From Coniocarpon cinnabarinum (taxonomy: Eukaryota): 46,199 bases of DNA. The stretch covers positions 1 through 46,199 of the forward strand of contig JAVECO010000177.1 in assembly GCA_051942205.1 (NCBI GenBank). The letters run 5' to 3'. Of the stretch, positions 1 to 11,950 are shown one piece after another. Within the stretch, counting starts at the first letter, position 1; each line of letters opens with the position of its first letter. The position numbers and the translations under genes were made by a program. The notes under the pieces are model-generated. The model was not told the DNA's origin. It worked only from the letters and a program-made list of their open reading frames with translations, and did not search any database.

Positions 1-279
1 GAGATGAGGGGGAAGATTGTGGATGCGGGGTATTATGGGTGGAATCGGGATGAGGATGATGGGACGCTATTGGTGTATGAGGCGGGGAGGGAGAAGAAGG
101 CAAGAGAGGAGTTGCTGAGGCGAGCGGACGAAGAGGAGGGAAGTCAAGATGGGTGGGAGGAGTTGCCGGGAGATGACGGCGATGGAAGGGCGTGGCAGGT
201 GCCCACGCCGGAGGAGGTGGAGGGCGAGCTGCTGGAGAGGAAGAGGAGACGTCTGATGGAGAGTGTTGGAGGCGACTGA
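1..279 (+). CDS. ISY1: Pre-mRNA splicing factor Isy1, C-terminal part (gene begins before the window)
   Basis: VDAGYYGWNRDEDDGTLL and WQVPTPEEVEGELLERKRRRLM resemble the Isy1 C-terminus; stop at 277-279. Confidence 0.85.
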   Translation, partial: EMRGKIVDAGYYGWNRDEDDGTLLVYEAGREKKAREELLRRADEEEGSQDGWEELPGDDGDGRAWQVPTPEEVEGELLERKRRRLMESVGGD

Positions 280-444
280 CACCAGCTGCAACATCTGACC
301 AGAGCTGATACAACAATAAGGAGACGATGAGCTTGCACATGCTCAGGAAAAGAGACACGGTGTCTCACACTGCATCATTCTCTCGGTGCCAACCCACTCA
401 TGATGCATTTAATGTACAGTATTGCCTAACATCATCTGAGGCTG

Positions 445-1758
<1,314 letters not shown>

Positions 1759-2131
1759 GCTAAAGTCGCTGGAGGCTAGAAGAAGAGTACGGAATAGCAG
1801 GTAGAAATCATGCAGCCAAGCGAGCCTCGGCGTCACGCGTCATTAAGTTTAAGGTGTGGTCTGTGCGCGAAGATCTTGGGGCGCCAATCAAACGACTGCG
1901 GATGACGACCCTTTGGACGCCGCCAAAACCTTCGTTCCGTCTTATGCAGCTTTGCTCTTCCCAGACAAGAACTGTGTAGTTCCTTTCCGGCATAGTTTGT
2001 GGCTACAGCTGACAATCTAGTGTCGCAGATTGTGCTGTACAATCAAGGATGGACACCAGAGCTGGCTCCCTATCAAACGTTACAAGAACTGCTGCACGAG
2101 ATTGCAGTGATCTATGATATAGAGTCTCAGA

Positions 2132-3232
2132 ATGTCTGAACATCAGCCAGAGCCACCAGAAAACGTAAAGGACTCTCCACCGGTGAGATCAATCAACGGA
2201 TGGGATGGCAAGTTGCGTGTGGGCAAAGCAGAGCTCAATGGCACGAACTTGGAATCACCTCCGCAATCCGACAACGAGGACCCGCCCGAGGAAACCGTCG
2301 ATGGAGAGCAAATCAACGCCGACGAGGATCTGCTAGATGACATACCCAGCGACGAGACTGACATTGATCTCAATCACTGTCGGGTTGTTTCGATTCCCGC
2401 TTTGCACTTGGAGCGCTTTCCCAAGCTAGAACGTCTATGTTTGCGCCAGAATCAGGTTTCACACCCTAGATTCCCTGAAGGCTGGGGCAAGAACCTTGTC
2501 GAGCTCGACATGTATGACAACGCTATTTCACATGTGAAAGGGCTCGAGGAGCTGTCGGAACTCACAAGTTTGGACCTCAGCTTCAACAAGATCAAGCACA
2601 TCAAGCGTGTAAACCATCTAAAGAACCTGAAGGAACTCTACTTCGTACAAAACAAGATCTCGACTATCGAAGAGCTTGATGGTCTTACCCAGCTGCGTAA
2701 CTTGGAGCTTGGTGCTAACCGCATTCGTGAGGTTGAAAATCTGGATACCTTGACTGGTCTCGAAGAACTGTGGCTGGGCAAGAACAAGATCACTCAGCTT
2801 AAGAATTTGACGCCGCTGATAAATTTGAGGCTCCTCTCTATACAAGCCAATCGGCTAACTTCCGATTCTCTGGGACACTTAGCGACGTTACCAAGGCTGA
2901 AAGAGCTCTACATCTCCCACAACGCGCTCGAGAGCCTTGAACCACTTGCCTCGTGTGCAAAGCTAACACTCATTGATGCATCATCAAATCCTATCAAGTC
3001 TGTCAAAGGCCTCAAGCCTCTCGAAGATCTTGAGGAGCTCTGGACAAGTGATTGCCAGATTGACAGCTTCGAGGAGATTGAGGATCAGCTCCGAGACAAG
3101 AGCAAGCTAACAACTGTTTACTTTGAAGGGAACCCCGTTCAGACTCGGCAGCGCGCCTTGTATCGGAACAAAATCAAGATTGCACTTCCGCAAGTCATAC
3201 AGGTGGACGCTACCTACGTCAAGCAGGCTTGA
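2132..3232 (+). CDS. SDS22: Protein phosphatase 1 regulatory subunit Sds22 (leucine-rich repeats)
   Basis: SDS22-type LRRs (LDLSFNKIKHI, LELGANRIRE, LWLGKNKI) and C-terminal TVYFEGNP...YRNKI...QVDAT cap; intronless. Confidence 0.95.
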   Translation: MSEHQPEPPENVKDSPPVRSINGWDGKLRVGKAELNGTNLESPPQSDNEDPPEETVDGEQINADEDLLDDIPSDETDIDLNHCRVVSIPALHLERFPKLERLCLRQNQVSHPRFPEGWGKNLVELDMYDNAISHVKGLEELSELTSLDLSFNKIKHIKRVNHLKNLKELYFVQNKISTIEELDGLTQLRNLELGANRIREVENLDTLTGLEELWLGKNKITQLKNLTPLINLRLLSIQANRLTSDSLGHLATLPRLKELYISHNALESLEPLASCAKLTLIDASSNPIKSVKGLKPLEDLEELWTSDCQIDSFEEIEDQLRDKSKLTTVYFEGNPVQTRQRALYRNKIKIALPQVIQVDATYVKQA

Positions 3233-3297
3233 AGCCTTTAGGAAAACGTACATGAGTTTCAGTACACTGGACAGAGCTAACAGAACGCGTCACATCA

Positions 3298-4307
3298 TCA
3301 TAGCTTAGATTTCTTGCCACCCGCAACGCCTGATACCATATCGTCGCCGAGCAAAAAGTCTGGGTATGAAAACGCGCCTTCCTGACCAATCGAGCCAGTG
3401 CGCCAAGCTGCGCCATCGACGACCAGTGAATGACCATTGATGTAGTCGCCCGAGCTGCTGAAAAGATACACGGTGGCATCAGCGATATCGCGCAAAGTTC
3501 CCATGCGTCCTGACGGGATGCGCTTTTCGATCCGTGTTCGCTCGTCTTCTCTACTTAATCTGGCCATGCCTTCAGTTCCCTGAATTGGCCCGGGGGCGAT
3601 GACGTTCGATGTGATGCCGCGAGGCCCAAATTCGATGGCGACGTTGTTGGAAAGGGCGTCGACTGCGGCCTTTGCTGCGGCCACATGAGTTTGCAACGGC
3701 GTCCCGATATAGTGCAGAGTGGCCGAGACAAAGATTATCCGGCCGCCGGTTGAGGTGGAAGGGCTCTTGCCGTCATTCGTGCATCTCCGAGCAGACTCGA
3801 CAAGGTAAGGCATCGTGGCCTTGAGGGTGTTATAAGAGCCAATAGCATCAATGTCCATCACAGACTTGAAGGCATTGCTGGACAGCTGGGTCATTGGAGC
3901 AAGGAAGTTTCCAGCCGCTCCAGCGATAACAAAATCGATACTGCCAAGCTCTCTTGCGCAGCGCTCTGCGCTTTTCTCCAAATCCGTAGGTTTGCGCACG
4001 TCTACCGCGCCTATCCCAATGATTTTGGATCCTGGGCGCACGGTTGAGATGGATTTGGCGGCAGCCTCGGTCTTTTCAACGTTTCGACCAATGATACACG
4101 CATTTGCTCCTAGATGGACCAAGGCGCGGACTTGCGCAGAGCAGATCGTCCCTGCACCGCCTGTGCAGAGGACTACCTTATTATCTAGTGCGAGCTGTCA
4201 GATGCATCGTCGATGCGATAACCAGAATACAGGCACAACCCGGAGCACTAACTGAAGATACCGTCTTTCCATACATCACTTAAGTAGGATGCCTTGCTTG
4301 TTGCCAT
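3298..4307 (-). CDS. SPS19: Peroxisomal 2,4-dienoyl-CoA reductase (SDR), 2 exons (4307-4253, 4184-3298)
   Basis: VWKDGIF/NNKVVLCTGGAGTICS, GAAGNFLAP, IAPGPI; C-terminal PTS1 SKL; intron gttagt..ctag. Confidence 0.93.
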
Positions 4308-4709
4308 CTTGTGAGATCACGAGACGCCCAAACCCACGCTCACACCACTGATCCTGGATTATGCTATGATCTGATCTTTTAAATGTTCATAATTCGTATT
4401 TGATACAGATCGTAGACCACCCGAGCTTGCTACTGAAACTGCGAAGAGTGAATGGCAAGGCATTCGCTTGGCGCCCGTATCACGTGACTTGTGTCACCTC
4501 GATCAATGCTGCTTGTTCTTCCATCCCAGCGGGACCCTGATCGCACTGCTCTTGCGCGCAAAGTGAGGGTTCAGGAGCGAACAATGGGCTGTAAAGTACC
4601 GTGCGAATGATACAGTCGTCGAAGGTTGGTAAGCAGCTATTCACCAAGAGTCGCTACTAGCATGTGGGGAGTAGCTCGAGTCCCCTTGTCGTAGCAATCA
4701 TCAACGATC

Positions 4710-5306
4710 ATGAGACACTGTTTGGTTGTTGCCTCACGATTTGTGCGATTAGACCTTCACCATGGACCACGATCGCTGGCGACCGTCCAACGGCTACGAT
4801 GGAGCCGAGGAATGACATCAACGGCTTCTCTACTTTTCGATCCACGCCGCGACCCTCCTCCCTCACTAACAGACATGGAGGCTCAAAGGCTTCACCTCAA
4901 AGACCTTTCTGACGCCATGTCAGGCACTTTATTTGATGTCCCAACGCATGCACAGAAGACGAGAGAATTTCAACGATTCATGGAGGAAGCCCTTGACTTT
5001 CATGAACGTATGACCTACGGCATCCAGGAAGATCTGCCTTGGTATAAGACTCGCAGCCACTATATGTCCGTTTTAAGGGCCTTAATGGAAATCGAGAAAA
5101 GTTTGTGCAAAGTGAGTGAGGCGAACGACATGCAACGAACACTCGGGCCAACTAAAATGGGAAGAGCGGGTTTCAGAGCCGGTATGAGTGAGGCGGAGAC
5201 TAAGCGTCACGATGGCCTCGTGTTGAGGGTCACATTTTTCATGCAGGATCTTCGGAAACGACTTGGTCGGCTGACTTATTGGTGGGTGAAGTTGCGGCGA
5301 ACCTGA
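4710..5306 (+). CDS. Hypothetical helical protein (start uncertain)
   Basis: 198-codon ORF filling the SPS19-ENT gap; amphipathic-helix-like composition; no recognised family. Confidence 0.45.
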   Translation: MRHCLVVASRFVRLDLHHGPRSLATVQRLRWSRGMTSTASLLFDPRRDPPPSLTDMEAQRLHLKDLSDAMSGTLFDVPTHAQKTREFQRFMEEALDFHERMTYGIQEDLPWYKTRSHYMSVLRALMEIEKSLCKVSEANDMQRTLGPTKMGRAGFRAGMSEAETKRHDGLVLRVTFFMQDLRKRLGRLTYWWVKLRRT

Positions 5307-5669
5307 TTGGATTGAGAATGGAGGCTCGAGGATGCTTTGCAGTGAGCATAGCATTCTGTCTCGGATTATGGGAGCTGCGGGCTTCACAGACGCCCAAGTC
5401 ATCCCTGTTGTTGTAATTTGATCCCTGGTGTTCTTTGCTGCGCGATATGTGCTTGGATGGAAACATTCTGCTACAAAGTTACTTCTGGAGGATCCTCGGC
5501 CCTCGTGCTCGTGAACTTAAGATGAGGACATCATGAGCTTCCCGATATAGCTTCTTTCTATGCCACGTGCTTGAGTCAGGCGCGTCTTGATGTACCAGTC
5601 ATTCCTCTATTTCAACTTGTCTTTCTCCATCGCATTTAATGCATCGTGCTGTCCTCAGTGCAAATCATC

Positions 5670-7079
5670 ATGGATAAAGCGAAGCGGCTGCTTCAAAGAC
5701 AGCCGTCATATCAGCCGATTGGGGACGATGCTGAAGGCGACGCTCCAAGTACAGATGGAAACCACTCAGGCCGCCACCAGCCAGCATTCTCTCCTGTCAA
5801 TTACGGAGTCTTCCTGCTTCTTGGTGTGGCCATGCTTTGGCCTTGGAACTCCTTTATGTCCGCAGCGCCCTACTTTCAATTCCGATTCAGATCGAGTAAA
5901 GGTATCTTAAGCAATTTCCAGGCTGCTGAACTGTCTGTGTCGACAGTCGCAAACTTGGGTTCTGTATGGGTTCTGGCCAAGTTGCAAGCCGGCGCTTCTT
6001 ATCCGAGACGCATCGTCACATCCTTGTCCATCAATACTGTTGCCTTCGCAATAGTCGCCATCTCCACCCGCGTGGCGCTAGGCGTTGCACCAGGCGTATA
6101 CCTTGGGTTTCTAATTCTGGCTGCGTTTACTACTAGCCTTGCAACTGGTTTCATGCAGAACGGAGCCTTCGCCTACGTAGCTGGCTACAGGCGATCAGAG
6201 TATGTGCAGGCGATCATGCTTGGCCAAGCAGTCGCTGGCGTGCTTCCACCAATCGTCCAGATAAGTTCCGTATTGTCAGCGGCAAAACGGGGTGCGCAAG
6301 CCAGTACGGCCAGTCAGGGACCTTCCACTTCAGCTTTCGCATACTTTCTTACTGCAGCTGGGGTTTCTGCATTGACGCTGTCTGCGTACTTCTACCTACT
6401 GGTGACGCACAAACCTTCTGCTACTGCAGATGTTGTTGTTGGCCATGAAGGCGACATGGACGACTCCGAAGAAGACCCTCTTCAACCTTCACAGGACGCC
6501 GATAATCCTCACAGCAAGCAATCTGTACCACTCACATACCTGGGCAAGCAACTCTTCTTTCCAGGTGCCGCCGTGTTCTTGACTTTTGGTCTCACGATGG
6601 TGTTTCCAGTCTTCACGCAGGAGATCTTCACTACAAACCCGCACCCACCACCTTTCCTTCAAGATGCGAGCTTCATTCCTCTTGGGCTCTTGATATGGAA
6701 TGCCGGTGACCTCGCTGGCCGGGTTGTGCCTCTGGCATCTACATTGTCTCTGGCACATCGTCCAAAAATACTGTTCGCTCTGTCAGTCGCCCGAGTGGTC
6801 TTCATACCATTATACCTTGTATGCAACATTGTACCAGCGGAAGGGCCTCAAAGCGCTGGCGCAGGGGTTGGCAAAGCAATGCCAGATCTGTTCTACTTCG
6901 CTGTTGTCCAATTCCCGTTTGGACTTTCCAATGGATATCTTGGATCTTGCTGCATGATGGGCGCAGGTCACCTTGTGAAAGAAGACGAGCGCGAAGCTAG
7001 TGGTGCCTTCATGGGCCTATTGCTCGTCGCTGGCTTGGCAGTGGGCAGCTTCTGCAGTTTCTTTGTGGGCAATGGCTGA
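5670..7079 (+). CDS. FUN26: Equilibrative nucleoside transporter (ENT/SLC29, Fun26-like)
   Basis: LLGVAMLWPWNSF, GQAVAGV, VFPVFT, WNAGDLAGR, FGLSNGYLGS; many hydrophobic segments; ATG at 5670. Confidence 0.9.
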   Translation: MDKAKRLLQRQPSYQPIGDDAEGDAPSTDGNHSGRHQPAFSPVNYGVFLLLGVAMLWPWNSFMSAAPYFQFRFRSSKGILSNFQAAELSVSTVANLGSVWVLAKLQAGASYPRRIVTSLSINTVAFAIVAISTRVALGVAPGVYLGFLILAAFTTSLATGFMQNGAFAYVAGYRRSEYVQAIMLGQAVAGVLPPIVQISSVLSAAKRGAQASTASQGPSTSAFAYFLTAAGVSALTLSAYFYLLVTHKPSATADVVVGHEGDMDDSEEDPLQPSQDADNPHSKQSVPLTYLGKQLFFPGAAVFLTFGLTMVFPVFTQEIFTTNPHPPPFLQDASFIPLGLLIWNAGDLAGRVVPLASTLSLAHRPKILFALSVARVVFIPLYLVCNIVPAEGPQSAGAGVGKAMPDLFYFAVVQFPFGLSNGYLGSCCMMGAGHLVKEDEREASGAFMGLLLVAGLAVGSFCSFFVGNG

Positions 7080-7754
7080 GTTGGGAGCTTGTGACACCCC
7101 AGCATCAATCTCTATGATTTTGGTTATCGCACGATTGAGTATGAGACTAACATGAGGTCAAGCTGCTTTGGATACCCCCTTTCACGAACACTTTGAACAT
7201 TTATTGACAGCCAAGACTTGACATCGGAGATCGAAGATGATGAACGAAGCACAATTAGCACTTAACATGTTGAAATTACCTCGACTGAAGCTGAGGAACG
7301 CTCAGTCGAACGATCCGGATTTACGATCTTCCAGTCGCATGGCGCGGAGTTTGGGACAACAGCATCTTGATCGAAACAAGCGATTCTTTGGGTTGTAGAC
7401 TGTATGAGGTAGGTAGATCACGTATTACTATGCATGCCAACTGTAGTTACAAAAGAGCAAACACAGATCCATCATGGAGCGTATATGAATGGCTGCTTGA
7501 GATCAGTCACAACGCCATTTATGTTTCCAACATACCTGGTCAAGTACCTTGTATAAATGTGGACATCGACATAGCGCGGCAAAGGCTTTGCGTAAGGTAC
7601 ATGTGACAATGAAAACTATCTCGAGAAACATCGAGACTATGGAATCGGAAGTAAGACCACTCCTTTTGACTCAAACAGCCCAGTGGCGCATCAGGCATAA
7701 CACACTAGGCACACTTCTTCCTCACAAGCCAGCAAAAAAGCCAACCATGCAAAG

Positions 7755-7962
7755 AAAAAAAACGTTGAGCGTCTCTTTGTGATAGCGTGTCATCCTTAGT
7801 GCTGCAACAAGTCAGTCGCACAATCGACAGCAAAGCGACGGTCAAGACATACCAGGGGCCTGGAATTCAGTCAGCAATGATGAGAAAGATGGAAGGCTGT
7901 TGAGACGCACCATGCTAATCTTCTCTGTATCGTTTCAAATTGACCGTAGGGTGCAAAGCACC
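7755..7962 (-). ncRNA. U6: U6 spliceosomal snRNA with two spliceosomal introns (exons ~7962-7911, 7859-7853, 7801-~7755)
   Basis: Spliced: GGTGCTTTGCACC (5' hairpin)-CTACGGTCAATTTGAAACGATACAGAGAAGATTAGCATG|GCCCCTG|CACTAAGGATGACACGC..., containing the ACAGAGA box, AGC triad and ISL; ends in a T8 Pol III terminator; introns gtgcgt..gctgac..ccag and gtatgt..actgac..gcag. Confidence 0.95.
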
Positions 7963-8375
7963 TGAAGAGAAAGAGAAGAAGAGGAGAAGAGAGCCCGGGA
8001 AGGTATTTATTTGTGAGCGGGTGGCTCGTGCGTTTGGTCAAGTGAGTTAGGCTGCAGTGGCACGTGTTAGGCAGGAAGAGCACGTGGATTTTCAAGGTGG
8101 AAGTGGCGAATATCGAAATAGGTGCAGTGTCACGTGACTTGATGAAGGTCTGAGGTGAGTCGCACAGGCAGATTTCTGCAAGATGAAAAAAGGTTAATCC
8201 GAAGACAAGGGGCTTTATTGGAGTCTTTGACAACCTCACAACTTCTCAAGCGCTGGGTTTCAAGTTATCGGCGCTGCTTGTAAGTATAACATTTGCTCAC
8301 GGTCACGTCGTCCTGTTCCACTGGGTGTATCCGAGACAAGTTTGACCACAATGTCTACACCCAACACTAATCGAT

Positions 8376-8822
8376 ATGGATAGTGCTAACATGACGAGAT
8401 CACAGGACTGTGATCCGGCTGCGAGGATCGATTTACTCTTCAAGATCTGTGACTATCTAGAAATCTGCCTTGAATGTTGCCGACGGTCCCGAGATCTTGA
8501 GATAACAACAGCTCGCGAATACGCCAGCTCTGCAGAGTACAGATGCAAACTATATGCACGAGCTCCTGAGGAAGAGAGCGCTCCGATAGCAGCATTAAAG
8601 AAGTTCTGGTTGTCCATCGGCTTTTACTATCCCAACTCTGAAATCACATCTGAGATCCGTGTCGATCAAATTGCACTCCATGTCATGACTTTCGCCCGAG
8701 TGATGACGGAGGAGTTAGTGGCCCTTCCGAAAGAGATCGTGGAGAAGACAAAAGCCATGAGCAAAGCACAGAGTCTCGAGACAAGTGCCGATCGATTGTA
8801 TGAGTGGACGAGGAAGCTCTAG
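8376..8822 (+). CDS. Orphan small helical protein, tandem family member A (5' end uncertain)
   Basis: 148-codon ORF; gap-free similarity to ORF 9720 (DPxARIxxLxxxxDYLxxCL...L......EY). Confidence 0.65.
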   Translation: MDSANMTRSQDCDPAARIDLLFKICDYLEICLECCRRSRDLEITTAREYASSAEYRCKLYARAPEEESAPIAALKKFWLSIGFYYPNSEITSEIRVDQIALHVMTFARVMTEELVALPKEIVEKTKAMSKAQSLETSADRLYEWTRKL

Positions 8823-9725
8823 AATTGAAGGTCTGAGTTTCGATGACGGCGTTATCATGTCCTGCGTGAGTGATACCACAGTCGCAAAGTTTCTAATTGC
8901 GGATCCACAGCTTCGCCACACAGGAGTTGCTTCTACTCAATCGTAAGATATCAGAGGTGCATACAGGCAATTATACTCGGTTGCAAATGTATTGGAATGG
9001 AGCGCTTCCGCTTTTGGTAACCTCATGTTGAATATCTAAACCAGTTTCCTTGACTCTTGATCTCATGTTTTGCAGCTCTACAGTCCGCTGACTCGCATGG
9101 AGCCGGCCAACAGCGGGCTTTATTAAATAAAGTATAATTCTTCCCCATCTACTGAAACAAATTTTGTGCGCTAATTAGGATAGGTCACACGCTCCTTTCT
9201 TGCATCAAGCACTCGCTCCTGGCAATAGTAGTAGTAGCAGTGAATATGTATTTTGTAAGTGCGCCGAAACGTTTGTGAGCTGTCGACGGCATTAGTGAGC
9301 GCACGCCTCTGCCTTATCAGCCGGATGTCTTTAGCAGACACTCACATTTTCTTGTGGAACGCTTGCAGGGTATAAAATGGCTTTTCACTTGAAGGTGGTG
9401 TTAACTGCTAGTAACATGGAAGGAACCGCTCAATATTGTTTGGTTAGCGGAATACCCGCGTAATGGATAGTAAGAGAAGTGGCAGAGGTGAAAGGTACAA
9501 AGTCACATGATTGGATTTTGCAAACATGCAACGCTATTTAACGCTGTTAGATGTGAAAGGTCTTCCAAGGATACCTTGCAAAATCTCGCAACCTACAACT
9601 CTCATCTCTCAAGCCATGAGCGCCGCAGTTTCAATGAGCGATTCTTGCAACTCAGTACCAGCCAAATTCGGTGTTATAACGTGAACTAGAATCCCTATCA
9701 TTATCATATATCGTACTTCTTGCTG

Positions 9726-10325
9726 ATGCAGATTCCCAGTCAACAGATGCCAAAGCACGCACGTCACGATCCCCTTGCAAGAATCAACATGCTCGTACAA
9801 GTCATTGACTACCTTTCAACCTGCCTGCAGAGCATCATGCATCCTTACAAGCTTCAAGTGTCCAGCGTTTGTGAATACAGGAGATACGCAAGTAATTCAT
9901 CATACTTTCAGGACTGGCGCGAACATATATTTTACGGTAGGACCATGGCACGCTGTTACCCTACTGAAGGATACCCCTGGGACATTGCTGATGAGCTCGC
10001 GTCAATTGTCAAGCGCATGGCAGTTGGCATAGTGAAGGAGTTGGATGGGCTTTCCAGAGAGTCTGCCGGCAAGTGGAACGCTGTGAAGAAAGTTTATAAT
10101 CTCATAGACTTTGCCCAGCTTATCAGCGATTCGCCTTCACTTGGGGATGGCTGGGAGTCTGACAGCTCGATATTGGACGATGTGGACCTTGACGTTTGGG
10201 GATCGGATCATTCTGAGTCTAACGATTCAGAGTCTGAAGATTCGGAAGATGACTATTTCGAACTTGACGATCCACTTTCTGGCGACTCGGGGTCCGATGA
10301 TTCGAACGCTGAGGAGGGTTTGTGA
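9726..10325 (+). CDS. Orphan small helical protein with acidic tail, tandem family member B (5' end uncertain)
   Basis: Shares two blocks with member A; D/E/S-rich C-terminus. Confidence 0.65.
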   Translation: MQIPSQQMPKHARHDPLARINMLVQVIDYLSTCLQSIMHPYKLQVSSVCEYRRYASNSSYFQDWREHIFYGRTMARCYPTEGYPWDIADELASIVKRMAVGIVKELDGLSRESAGKWNAVKKVYNLIDFAQLISDSPSLGDGWESDSSILDDVDLDVWGSDHSESNDSESEDSEDDYFELDDPLSGDSGSDDSNAEEGL

Positions 10326-11104
10326 CATTTTCAATGGCCGTATGAGACTCTTCTGCCGATACGTCCATCGATGTCGCGAAGCTCATGGCTTTTCTACTGA
10401 GAGTAGCCTACCACCGGATCCTTTTGCTGGGGTCATCTGATAGCAAGAGGAAATATCAGCCGTACTTTCGAGTTGAGAGAGAACACATTTGCTATAAAAC
10501 GCCAGCCCCAATCCACTGCCATTCGAAGAATCGGTCCTCAAGTGATTTTGTTTCTTTTCTTTATCGTAGCTCTGTGGTGTCAGAATAGCCGAGCAAGTGC
10601 TCTTGAATATGTTCCTTGCAGTAAAGACTAACATAAGATTGTCTAGCGGTTCTAATTTTGAGTTTTGTGCTTTGGCGAGATCTCTCTATGTATGAATGGT
10701 CTTTACTTGCGGCTTCATTCACATGATTTGATCGAGGACTGATTGAGCTCGTTCGTTATGGTATCAGACAATAATGTTGCTGCGAAGGAAAAGCAGTGCT
10801 GGCCATAAGCGCTTCGTGTGCCTTGAGGCACGGCGGCGACTAATGATTGGTTGAAGCTAGTTCCGCGATTTCGGACTTTAACCTGCGTAGTGAGGCGCAG
10901 CCCTGCGAGCAGAACATCTTGTGATAGACTAACTAGATGTGGTTAAAAGGTTCCATCATTTTATTTCACCTACCTTCTTCAACTCTCTGCGCTACTTCTA
11001 GCCGCCAACCAACCTACACGCTGAGCCAAAATCTGCAACCACGAATCTGCTATCATTAGAACCTTGACCGCATTTGCTGCACGTCCACTGACATACACAG
11101 CAGC

Positions 11105-11518
11105 ATGGATCAACCAGCTCGTTCGCCGCCATCACCTCGCCAGGCCACACTCAAGAACACAGTTCAGTATCTCACTTCGCTATTTCGAACACTCCTCAAC
11201 TGCTACCGCTCCAATCATCTCGAGCCAGAATCATTTTCGGAATACTTCAGAACCCTACGCCTGTGTGCTATCAACCAGCCCGAAACACGGCTCTCGGCCC
11301 GTGTACAGTCTCAACAAGTATGTGCCTGGAAGCGCACAGATCCACTGATAACCGAATTTGCCGAAGTTTTGACGGATATGTGTTATGCTTGTCTTCAGGA
11401 ATTGCAGGCAGAGGAAGAGTTCGAGGGCAGCGATCGAGCCATGCAGGACTTGTTAAGGGTTACACATAGGGTGCGGATCATCTTGACGCAGATTCTCAAT
11501 GCCGAGGGTCCCTGTTAG
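11105..11518 (+). CDS. Orphan small helical protein, tandem family member C
   Basis: 137 codons; LLNCYRSNHLEPESFSEY and DMCYACLQEL weakly match the family blocks. Confidence 0.55.
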   Translation: MDQPARSPPSPRQATLKNTVQYLTSLFRTLLNCYRSNHLEPESFSEYFRTLRLCAINQPETRLSARVQSQQVCAWKRTDPLITEFAEVLTDMCYACLQELQAEEEFEGSDRAMQDLLRVTHRVRIILTQILNAEGPC

Positions 11519-11950
11519 ATATGACTTAGGTGCTCTCAATATGAAGCAGATCCCTAGTCTGCACATTGGTTGCTTGGAGGCATTGAGAGAGTGAGTAGAG
11601 CGGCTAAACTTACCCATTTCACCATCCATCTACATGCATCAAGCGTCGCTGATTGGATGAAGAGACAGTCTTACATGTTCACCTCGTGGCTTATCTCGGT
11701 AAGGCGTTATGCGGGATTCTTGCAATTCTGCTTATAGTTTCCTCTCACCTGATAGCCCAACCCATTGATGACGCGTGCGGTCACAGTCACATGTTCACGT
11801 CTGCAAACCTCAATTTCTTCACAAAGCCCTCGCACGCTCTCTCCGTGTTTCTTCCTTCTTCCGCATCAACGTGTCGACGAATTCTGCATGTCAGCAAATA
11901 GCAAGGAGAAACGTATCATCTGTCTTGATCTTCCGGACGCATCACTCGCC

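Noticed and set aside
7237..7294. ATGATGA..CTGA pair downstream of the ENT gene
   Set aside because: Too short, no terminal stem, no recognisable rRNA guide
7876..7965. Apparent box C/D snoRNA on the + strand (ATGATGA..CTGA)
   Set aside because: The interval is fully explained by the minus-strand U6 gene and its first intron
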